43,110 nucleotides of DNA from an uncultured Candidatus Saccharibacteria bacterium (GCA_964638985.1 CAZXCD010000002.1:379-43488), one strand, 5' to 3'. Shown: positions 34,467 through 41,185, counted from the first letter of the stretch. Made by a program: numbers and translations. The notes: generated from the sequence alone by a model not told the origin.

Positions 34467-34700
34467 ATGGAAACAGGAAACATTGGAGGTTCAATTGAAC
34501 CCCAAAAATCATATAAAAAATATAAACCCGAAGAAAAAACTGCGTTCTTGAAAAAGGTTGAAGAATACAAAGAGGCAAAAATTCCGGAAGAACAATGGCC
34601 CCCCGAGATAAGAGAATTTTCTGAAGCATATGATGCATATATCTTTAGTGATGAAGATCAGACATATGGAGATACTGAACCGCGCAAACGCAACCACTAA
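34467..34700 (+). CDS. Hypothetical small acidic protein
   Basis: 77-aa ORF behind a leaderless-type promoter. No motif recognised. Confidence 0.45.
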   Translation: METGNIGGSIEPQKSYKKYKPEEKTAFLKKVEEYKEAKIPEEQWPPEIREFSEAYDAYIFSDEDQTYGDTEPRKRNH

Positions 34701-34777
34701 ATTTAACGTGATATTAAAAATTGAAAATTATCAGTTCAAGTGGTGAAAATGAGGGGGCTTTAAGGGTTAACTAACAT

Positions 34778-35158
34778 ATGGATTCCAAACAAGAACAAAA
34801 AGCCTGGCGAGAGGTAAAATACGGTCAGAAATTTCTGAATGCTTTCAGGGGGATGTATATCGTTTGGAAAACGACCAGGCTCATATCTGTGCATGTGCTT
34901 TCGGCCGTGGCTGTAGTGATCGCCGGATTTTATTTTAATGTTTCCGGCATTGAGTGGGTTGCTCTAATCTTTGCTATCGGCTTCGTGATGGTTTCAGAAG
35001 TGTTCAACACGGCTATTGAAATAGATATAGACCTGACTTCTCCCGGATATCACCCTTATGCTAGAGATACGAAAGATGTAGCAGCTGCAGCGGTACTATT
35101 GTCTGTATTTGTTTCAATAATAATTGGATTAATAATTTTCTTGCCAAAGATTTTCTAA
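34778..35158 (+). CDS. dgkA: Diacylglycerol / undecaprenol kinase (DgkA family)
   Basis: SEVFNTAIEIDIDL and TKDVAAAAVLLS motifs; three TM helices. Confidence 0.85.
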   Translation: MDSKQEQKAWREVKYGQKFLNAFRGMYIVWKTTRLISVHVLSAVAVVIAGFYFNVSGIEWVALIFAIGFVMVSEVFNTAIEIDIDLTSPGYHPYARDTKDVAAAAVLLSVFVSIIIGLIIFLPKIF

Positions 35159-35174
35159 CTTGATAAAATATACT

Positions 35175-35567
35175 ATGGATAAAAATATAAAAATTTTCGT
35201 TTCTATAATAATTCTTTTAGTTTTAGGGACAATTACCACTGTAGTAATGAGGATGGATAGCACTGTACCGGTCGGATCGGGTAAATATGACGCTTTTGCA
35301 ACTTGTCTAAAAGACGAAGGGGCGGTATTTTACGGCGCTTTCTGGTGTGTGCATTGCCAGGCTACAAAGAAATTATTCGGCGCGTCACAAAAATTATTGC
35401 CTTATGTTGAATGTTCCACTGCTGATGGCAGAGGTCAGGTGCAAATGTGCGCAGATAAAAAAATAACCAGTTATCCCACCTGGGAATTTGCCGACGGTTC
35501 AAGGCTTGCAGGAGAAGTCACTTTGGAACAGCTAGCCGAGAAAACTTCTTGTCAGTTGCCTCTATAA
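35175..35567 (+). CDS. Membrane-anchored thioredoxin-like thiol-disulfide oxidoreductase
   Basis: CxxC active site in YGAFWCVHCQATKKLFG, as in the VKOR-associated Trx-like domain. It has an N-terminal TM helix. I chose ATG 35175 as the start. Confidence 0.75.
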   Translation: MDKNIKIFVSIIILLVLGTITTVVMRMDSTVPVGSGKYDAFATCLKDEGAVFYGAFWCVHCQATKKLFGASQKLLPYVECSTADGRGQVQMCADKKITSYPTWEFADGSRLAGEVTLEQLAEKTSCQLPL

Positions 35568-35576
35568 GTTGCATAT

Positions 35577-36131
35577 ATGAATTTGAACACTCTTTACTAT
35601 TTGAATGTATTTCTCGGTTCGGGGGCTATAGTCCTCCAAATTCTTTCAGTGGTCGCGCTAATTCTCCTTTTCTTTATACCCAAAGAAAAAAACAAGAATT
35701 TCTATTTAGACTTTATTGATAAGCATTTCTTGGTATTGAGCTTTTTGATTTCTCTTTTCGCCTCGGTCTTCCCTCTGGTGTATTCCGAAGTCGCGAACTT
35801 CCTTCCGTGTTATCTGTGTTGGTGGCAAAGAATATTTATGTTTCCACTTGTGCTAATGTTCGGAGTTGCTCTGTGGGATAAGGACAGAAGGGTTATTCGT
35901 TATGTGATGCCGCTATTGTGTGTCGGTTTTCTATTGTCTATTTATCAGAACTTTTTCTATTACTTCGGCCCAAATTCAAATTTACCCTGTGATGCTTCGG
36001 GTGTGTCTTGTTATCAACATCTGGTTTCTGTATTCAGCGGATATATTTCAATCCCGATGCTGGCGCTTACGGCCTTCTTCTCGCTTCTAACCCTATTATC
36101 GGTTGCTCATTTCTACAAAAAAGAGATATAA
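35577..36131 (+). CDS. dsbB: Disulfide bond formation protein B (DsbB/BdbC family)
   Basis: LPCYLCWWQRIFMFP carries the CxxC-xx-QR motif. A second Cys pair lies in the later loop. Four TM helices. Confidence 0.8.
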   Translation: MNLNTLYYLNVFLGSGAIVLQILSVVALILLFFIPKEKNKNFYLDFIDKHFLVLSFLISLFASVFPLVYSEVANFLPCYLCWWQRIFMFPLVLMFGVALWDKDRRVIRYVMPLLCVGFLLSIYQNFFYYFGPNSNLPCDASGVSCYQHLVSVFSGYISIPMLALTAFFSLLTLLSVAHFYKKEI

Positions 36132-36283
36132 TAAAAGTATATTATTAATTAATTAGGTATAGCGTCGCGCTTAATGGACTTGCGCGACGTGATTCCGCAG
36201 AATCATATGGGAAAAGGAAACAACGCATACCGAAAGGATGTTAAAAAACCAAAAAAAGCTAAAAAGAAATAGTTTCAACAGAA

Positions 36284-36895
36284 ATGTTTCGGTTTACAAA
36301 AAAAGAAGAATCACTGCTGAAAAAATTAAACACTCCGGCCAAGGCGCAGGATTTTTTGAATGCTCTTCGGTTTAATTTTGAAGAGAAGGGAGAGACCTTG
36401 AAGTCTCCGCTTTTCACTCTCAGGGCAAAGAATGCACATTGTCTGGAAGGGGCTCTGCTCGGGGCTTATATCTTGTCTCTGCACGGCTTTACCCCGTATG
36501 TGATGCACCTGAAGGCTATTAGAGAAGACTATGACCATGTGATCGCCCCATTTAAGGTTGGGGGGCTCTGGGGCGCGCTTTCTAAGACTAACCACGCAGT
36601 TCTGCGTTATCGTGAGCCTGTTTATAAGAATATCCACGAGCTCGTGATGTCATACTTTCACGAATATTTTTTAGACAACGGAGTAAAGACTCTCCGGAAA
36701 TATTCTGGACTCCTTAATTTAAATACTTTTGAACAAGGTTGGGAAAGGGAAGACGGCAACCTGTGGGGGATAGATGAAGAACTGGACAAGATAAAGCACT
36801 ACGATATCCTACCTAGGGGAACCCTAGGGAAACTTCGCAAAGCGGACAAGGTTGAAATTCGGGCGGGAAAAATCGTGGAATTTAAAAGACGTTGA
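36284..36895 (+). CDS. Hypothetical protein, possibly transglutaminase/cysteine-peptidase-like
   Basis: 203-aa ORF. NAHCLEGALLGAYIL...DYDHVIAPF suggests a Cys-His dyad. This is weak. Confidence 0.35.
   Translation: MFRFTKKEESLLKKLNTPAKAQDFLNALRFNFEEKGETLKSPLFTLRAKNAHCLEGALLGAYILSLHGFTPYVMHLKAIREDYDHVIAPFKVGGLWGALSKTNHAVLRYREPVYKNIHELVMSYFHEYFLDNGVKTLRKYSGLLNLNTFEQGWEREDGNLWGIDEELDKIKHYDILPRGTLGKLRKADKVEIRAGKIVEFKRR
36812..36830. repeat. REP1 hairpin, in frame inside the CDS
   Basis: cctaggggaaccctaggga encodes LPRGTLGK, the same peptide as the RayT-1 C-terminus. Confidence 0.7.
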
Positions 36896-38834
36896 AAAAT
36901 TTAAGAAGAGCGAAAAGAAGAGCGATGCTGGAAACGATTCCGAGAAATAGGGGAATGTTTTGAGGGATGTTGGAATTTGTAGATTGCAAGGCGTTCACGG
37001 CTGTGGCGGCAAGTAAGCCGGACGTTGTTTCTGATGTCTCTGTGATCGTCGGTTGACTGGTGGCTATCGGTTTTTTGATTTTAGGAACCGGAGTTTCTAT
37101 TCTAAGGACAGGAGAAACTTCAACAATTGCGGGATTTATTTGAGCATCAAGCGAAACTGTCTCTGGGGTTTCCGTATCCGTGGTGGGGGTGGTTTCTTCG
37201 TCTGTGTCTTTGGTGGAATGCCTACTAGAACCACTGTCGTCCTTCGGTTTAGAAAATGATTTCATAATGTCGTTCCAAGTTTTTCCCAAGCCCGCGGGTA
37301 TGGCGTAGCTGGTAGCCCATATCGTGTTTTCTAAAGTTTCCGAAGGGGGAAGCATGGCGCCGTCATTGTCTGCGTTTGTTTGTTGTTCTGCCAGGTAATC
37401 AATCCCGCTTTTGCCGTTTTTTGTCCATGATGCATTAAGCGCGTTTTCTGCTTGCATGGCCCAACTTGTGGCGGAAATGTTCCCCCAACCACCATCGCTG
37501 TTTTGAGAAGTCTCAAGGTAAGTTGTAGCTTTAAGAAGAGCTTCGGAAACACCCGCAACTGAATCAAAGGAGTTAAGCGCTTGAATTGCCGCAGCTGTGA
37601 CGTCCACACTATCTTCCCATGAACCATTGCCTTGTTGTTGTGAAATTATAAAAGCTACGGTCTTAATAATAGTGTCATCATCTTCAGTATAGCCGGTCTT
37701 GGCAAGTGGAATTAGGGCGAAGATGTCGTCATTTACCAAATCAACATCGCCGAATTGGGTGCCGTCAAACTCTTTAATAATGGCTTCAATATAATTTACT
37801 TCTTCCCAAGCATAAGGATTTTTCCCGAGTGAGAGCAAGGCCATCGCTCTTCGTTCATTGTCGGTGAGAAGTGAACTGATTGAATTGTTGGAACTGAGAT
37901 ACGCAAGAATGGAGTCGCGAGAACTGTCGGTCACTTTCCCCGCGCCGTATGCGATGGCCACCCAATCTGTGTACATATCAGAATCGCCGAAAGATCCGTC
38001 CGCACTCTGTACGCTTTTTAAATAATTAATCGCATCTGTGGCGCTGAATTCAGGTTCCGGGGTGGAACTTCCACCGCCTCCTCCTCCACCAGAAGGCGGG
38101 GGTGTCGTTACTGTAAGAGGTTTCGTAGGAAAGTAATATCCGAAATTATCTCTGATTCCCACATCATATAATCCGACAGGTATGGATGTGAAAGTAGCTT
38201 GTCCGATCGTATCAGTCAGGCTCGTCATTATTTCTATGGGTGGATTGAAGGAACTTGCCGGATCGGGCTGTGTAACTCCAAGCGTGATGTCGGTTGCCGG
38301 GGTCCAGGTGTTATCTTCAAAACTATATTTTTCTGCCGTCACCAGGAGAGAGTCGCTTGTAGTCATCGTGTCCGCGCTTAAGGTGATTCTATTTTGTGGA
38401 CTGAAATAAACATATACAGTTTCTCCGCCAATTAGAATCTCTTTGTCCATACCTTTACTCGGTGTTTCGCCGTTTACCGCATATTGCCAGTCATAACAAT
38501 CATTACCCACGGAACTGGTTATACAGTTCAGAAGGAAACTCCCGAAAGATTCAAAATATTGCAAGTCAGAAATGTTCCAATTTTCATCACCCAAATCCGC
38601 CTTGTTTAAAGTTGAAAGCACACTTCGGGCGTCCAGGGTGTGTCCATTTATCTCTGTGGTTCCGGTGGGTAAAAGCTCCACCAAACTATCAAAGAAAACA
38701 GTTGCCCCGCTTCTGATTTTTAAATTTATGGTTATCGGTGTTATTTCACCTTCTGCAAAAACAGTATTTATATAAAAACTACCCAAAAATAAAACCGCGA
38801 CAAACACAAAACTCATTTTTAATATTTTTTTCAT
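36882..38834 (-). CDS. Surface-anchored protein: signal peptide, DUF4430-like domain, prenyltransferase/terpene-cyclase-like alpha/alpha-toroid repeats, C-terminal TM
   Basis: I chose the start at MKKILKMSFVFVAVLFLGSFYINTVFA (38834). NGHTLDARSVLSTL...WQYAVNGE...GGETVYVYF follows the DUF4430 pattern. Repeated DGSFG / GNGSWED / SDGGWGN units match the toroid repeat pattern. There is a Thr/Pro-rich stalk and a terminal hydrophobic helix. Confidence 0.75.
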   Translation of the reverse strand: MKKILKMSFVFVAVLFLGSFYINTVFAEGEITPITINLKIRSGATVFFDSLVELLPTGTTEINGHTLDARSVLSTLNKADLGDENWNISDLQYFESFGSFLLNCITSSVGNDCYDWQYAVNGETPSKGMDKEILIGGETVYVYFSPQNRITLSADTMTTSDSLLVTAEKYSFEDNTWTPATDITLGVTQPDPASSFNPPIEIMTSLTDTIGQATFTSIPVGLYDVGIRDNFGYYFPTKPLTVTTPPPSGGGGGGGSSTPEPEFSATDAINYLKSVQSADGSFGDSDMYTDWVAIAYGAGKVTDSSRDSILAYLSSNNSISSLLTDNERRAMALLSLGKNPYAWEEVNYIEAIIKEFDGTQFGDVDLVNDDIFALIPLAKTGYTEDDDTIIKTVAFIISQQQGNGSWEDSVDVTAAAIQALNSFDSVAGVSEALLKATTYLETSQNSDGGWGNISATSWAMQAENALNASWTKNGKSGIDYLAEQQTNADNDGAMLPPSETLENTIWATSYAIPAGLGKTWNDIMKSFSKPKDDSGSSRHSTKDTDEETTPTTDTETPETVSLDAQINPAIVEVSPVLRIETPVPKIKKPIATSQPTITETSETTSGLLAATAVNALQSTNSNIPQNIPLFLGIVSSIALLFALLKFFNVF

Positions 38835-38838
38835 AAAA

Positions 38839-39333
38839 TTATTCCAATTTCCACTCAAGAATGTCCCCATCCTTAAGCACGTAAGAAGAAACGCCGACAG
38901 TCGCTTCTTTACCGTTAATATAATAAAGCAAGTCTTTCCCATCCCCAGAATGAAGCGCGCCGATATCGGTTAGAAAGAATCCCAAACCGGGATATTTTTT
39001 CCCAGAAAAAGTAATGCCGCCGGAATTTTTCGCTTTCATTAACGCGTCATAAAAGGTGGTACTTGCGGGGACGGATAGAGTTATTTTTTCTTCTCCGAAC
39101 ATGACAGTCACATTTTCTGTATTTTGGGCAAGAAGAGGTTTTAGGGTCGGTTTCGTTTCTTTTATTACCCTCTCTGCCTCCGGCACCTCCCCTTTAACAA
39201 GGGGGAGGTTGGGTGGGGGTGCTATAATGGTAATTTTTTGGGGGGATAAAAATATAAATATAAAAAAAGCTATAAAAGCAAGAATTAATCCAATTGTTAA
39301 AATTATTTTTTTGTTTTTCATAAATTTTGACAT
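38839..39333 (-). CDS. Membrane-anchored DUF4430-like protein
   Basis: TM helix, then TTFYDALMKAKNSGGITFSGKKYPGLGFFLTDIG...LLYYINGKEATVGVSSYVLKDGDILEW (DUF4430 pattern). It ends 4 nt upstream of the next gene. The start is ambiguous (39333 or 39321). Confidence 0.7.
   Translation of the reverse strand: MSKFMKNKKIILTIGLILAFIAFFIFIFLSPQKITIIAPPPNLPLVKGEVPEAERVIKETKPTLKPLLAQNTENVTVMFGEEKITLSVPASTTFYDALMKAKNSGGITFSGKKYPGLGFFLTDIGALHSGDGKDLLYYINGKEATVGVSSYVLKDGDILEWKLE
39186..39221 (-). repeat. CPE copy, in frame inside the DUF4430 CDS
   Basis: The reverse complement reads cacccccacccaa followed by cctccccctt-gtta-aaggggagg. It encodes APPPNLPLVKGEVPE. Confidence 0.65.
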
Positions 39334-39410
39334 AAAAAAATCCTGCCGAATAAATTTTGAGCAGAATTTGGGGTCCAAAAAACCAAGGACTTATCCTGCT
39401 CGGGACACAC

Positions 39411-39504
39411 AAAATGATTGGTAGTCGGGCTTGTCTCCGAACTTTCGTCGGAGCTTACCGTAGCGGCACTGCACTGGAATCTAACCAGTTTCCCCAAATC
39501 ATTT
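39411..39504 (-). promoter_or_regulatory. Cobalamin riboswitch-like aptamer (compact)
   Basis: The minus strand reads aaaugauuugGGGGAAacUGGuuagauuCCAgUGCAGugCCGCUACGGUAAGCuccgacGAAAguucGGAGACAAGCCCgacuaCCAAUCAUUUu. A P1 helix closes the element. The core and a B12-box-like segment match the consensus as I recall it. Confidence 0.6.
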
Positions 39505-39531
39505 CTTATATTTTTAAAAAGGAACTCACTT

Positions 39532-39559
39532 AGTATATACTTACCTTATACGATGTCAA
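39532..39559 (-). promoter_or_regulatory. Sigma70-type promoter for the riboswitch/DUF4430 operon
   Basis: Minus strand: TTGACA (39559-39554), then N16, then TATACT (39537-39532). Confidence 0.6.
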
Positions 39560-39582
39560 AAAGAACTGTGGAAAACAGAAAA

Positions 39583-39617
39583 CCACCCCTAACCCCTCCT
39601 TTATTAAGGAGGGGAGG
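39583..39617 (+). repeat. CPE copy, intergenic
   Basis: ccacccctaa followed by cccctcct-ttatta-aggagggg-agg. Confidence 0.65.
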
Positions 39618-39630
39618 AAAAACGCGAATC

Positions 39631-40038
39631 ATGACATTTGGAACCTTTGACGGATTACACAAGGGTCATTTGAATTTTTTCAAACAAGCGAAAAAGCTGG
39701 CGAAGAATTCGTTTTTAATCGTATCTATCGCAAGAGATAAAAACGTTTTTAAAATCAAAGGAAAATATCCGGACAAAAATGAAAAAGAAAGACTGCTTTT
39801 GGTAAAAGGCAACAAGCTGGTGGATAAGGCGGTTTGGGGCGGTAAGAATTATTCCTTTTCTCATATACTAAAAGAAAGGCCGGATATTATCGCGCTCGGC
39901 TACGACCAAAAAGCCTATGTGCAGAATTTAAAAAAAGATTTAAAAGACAAAGGCGTCCCAGTGAAAGTCGTACGGCTAAAACCATATAAAGAAAATATCT
40001 ACAAAAATCACTTGTTAAAAAATCACCACTCAAATTAG
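39631..40038 (+). CDS. Cytidylyltransferase-family nucleotidyltransferase (HxGH motif; RibL/TagD-like)
   Basis: MTFGTFDGLHKGHLNFF. The track ORF's N-terminal 71 aa (39418-39630) run antisense through the riboswitch and a CPE, so I trimmed them. Confidence 0.7.
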   Translation: MTFGTFDGLHKGHLNFFKQAKKLAKNSFLIVSIARDKNVFKIKGKYPDKNEKERLLLVKGNKLVDKAVWGGKNYSFSHILKERPDIIALGYDQKAYVQNLKKDLKDKGVPVKVVRLKPYKENIYKNHLLKNHHSN

Positions 40039-40047
40039 AATCTCAAT

Positions 40048-40100
40048 CACCACCCCTTTCGACTAAAGTCGAAATGCCCCTCCTCCACAAGGAGGGGAGG
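40048..40100 (+). repeat. CPE copy (full composite form) upstream of the DUF559 gene
   Basis: caccacccc, then tttcgac-taaa-gtcgaaa, then cccctcct-ccaca-aggagggg-agg. Confidence 0.75.
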
Positions 40101-40113
40101 ATAAAAAATTCGC

Positions 40114-40479
40114 ATGAAAATTATTCATAATGTAACTAAATTATTAGAAAGGAGAAAAGAACTCAGAAATGAGAGTACGCCGGAAGAAATTCTGCTGTGG
40201 CTACAACTTAAGAATTCAAAAATTGGCTTCAAGTTCAGGAGACAACATAGTATCGGAGGATATATTGTAGATTTCTACTGTCCAACCAACAGAGTGGTGA
40301 TTGAAATTGATGGTTTGCAACATTCTAAAAAAGAAAACAAAGAATACGACAAAATCAGAAGCAAGTATTTGGAAAGTTTGAATATAAAAGTTTTACGTTT
40401 TACAAATTTGGAAATAAGCACAGAAACACAGAAGGTTGTGGATAAAATAAAAGAGGAACTTACCACCACCCCTGACTAA
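40114..40479 (+). CDS. DUF559 (Vsr-like endonuclease fold) protein
   Basis: FRRQHSIGGYIVDFYCPTNRVVIEIDGLQH...KVLRFTN is the DUF559 signature. Confidence 0.8.
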   Translation: MKIIHNVTKLLERRKELRNESTPEEILLWLQLKNSKIGFKFRRQHSIGGYIVDFYCPTNRVVIEIDGLQHSKKENKEYDKIRSKYLESLNIKVLRFTNLEISTETQKVVDKIKEELTTTPD

Positions 40480-40513
40480 AAGTCAGGTACTCCTCCTCAT
40501 TAAGGAGGAGAGG
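40464..40513 (+). repeat. CPE copy overlapping the DUF559 stop
   Basis: caccacccc, then ctgact-aaaa-agtcag, then gtactcctcct-catta-aggaggag. It encodes the C-terminal TTTPD*. Confidence 0.75.
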
Positions 40514-40524
40514 GTGCTTGAATT

Positions 40525-40570
40525 CCTCCCCTCCTTGTGGAGGAGGGGTGCCATTTATGGCGGGGTGGTG
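40525..40570 (-). repeat. CPE copy, inverted orientation
   Basis: The reverse complement reads caccaccccgccataaatggcacccctcctccacaaggaggggagg. The large hairpin is identical to that of copy 40048-40100. Confidence 0.75.
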
Positions 40571-40596
40571 ATTAAAAAATAGGGAAAATGACAGAA

Positions 40597-40622
40597 AAGG
40601 AAGCCTTGCTTCCTTCTTCTTT
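40597..40622 (+). terminator. Hairpin plus T-rich tract; same stem-loop sequence as 26441-26459, inverted
   Basis: aaggaagc-ctt-gcttcctt followed by cttcttt. Confidence 0.45.
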
Positions 40623-40771
40623 AAACCTAGGGGTGATTCCAAGCTGTTGAACCATTACACAGCTATTGACAGGTGATGTTTTTAATGATATGTTTTATTG
40701 AATGTTATCGGGTGAATCTGATAACCTCTGCTACGAGAGCCTCGTAGTAATTCGTACATTGAGGAAGTCTT

Positions 40772-40987
40772 ATGAACACCGAACGAAAACTCGAAATCGC
40801 CCGTAAGCTCCTAAAGGAAATGATGCGTCAACAGGGCATCAAGGTCTCCGGCGAATCCCTGCGAGGTTAGGGGAACCTCGCAAAGAAGATTGGGGTTCCC
40901 ATCGAGGAGTTGGCGGAGTTCGCCAAGCCTCTCATGCAAGAGGTCTTCGACGAATCCTTCCCTCCCATAACCGTCATCACAAGATAA
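40772..40987 (+). pseudogene. GC-rich small ORF (71 codons) interrupted by one in-frame TAG
   Basis: MNTERKLEIARKLLKEMMRQQGIKVSGESLRG-TAG-GNLAKKIGVPIEELAEFAKPLMQEVFDESFPPITVITR. The TAG (40868-40870) sits in the loop of a perfect 9-bp hairpin, tgcgaggtt-agggg-aacctcgca. Confidence 0.35.
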
Positions 40988-41092
40988 TCGGAAGCCAGGG
41001 TGGAACCTTCGGGTTCCCTAAAGGGGTAATTGCCCCTCTCTCGCCTCGGCGAGACTAGGTGCAGAACAAGAACCCATCCCCGCTTCCATTTC

Positions 41093-41133
41093 CACCGCGT
41101 TGCCCTTCGGGACAACGCGGTGTTCTTTATTTT
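41093..41133 (+). terminator. Strong intrinsic terminator
   Basis: caccgcgttgccc-ttc-gggacaacgcggtg (one bulge) followed by ttctttatttt. Confidence 0.7.
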
Positions 41134-41156
41134 ATCCACAATCTTCTGTATCTAAG

Positions 41157-41175
41157 TGAGGACTTCCCTCGCTCA
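41157..41175 (-). repeat. REP2-like copy (inverted, partly truncated)
   Basis: The reverse complement reads tgagcgagggaagtcctca. Confidence 0.55.
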
Positions 41176-41185
41176 ATTATTTATT

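Noticed and set aside
38835-38942. 36-codon N-terminal extension of the 686-aa track ORF.
   Set aside because: It overlaps the upstream DUF4430 gene. A typical signal peptide begins at the internal Met (38834).
39380-39500. Possible SRP (4.5S) RNA, because of a GNRA-capped helix.
   Set aside because: It lacks the GGAAGCAGC-type helix-8 motif. The same sequence fits the cobalamin riboswitch core and B12 box much better, and it sits in a 5' leader.
39418-39630. N-terminal 71 residues of the track ORF 39418-40038.
   Set aside because: This part runs antisense across the riboswitch-like element and through a CPE copy. The conserved nucleotidyltransferase begins at MTFGTFDGLHKGH (39631).
40755-40775. 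gaggaagtc resembling the RNase P RNA CR-I motif (GAGGAAAGUCC).
   Set aside because: No other RNase P conserved regions (for example GGGUGAAA or ACAGAAA) occur nearby, and the segment overlaps a plausible small ORF start.
40868-40870. TAG reassignment or an alternative genetic code.
   Set aside because: Long genes across the window read through cleanly with the standard code, and TAG, TAA and TGA all terminate well-supported genes. A single in-frame TAG in a hairpin loop is better explained by disruption or local readthrough.
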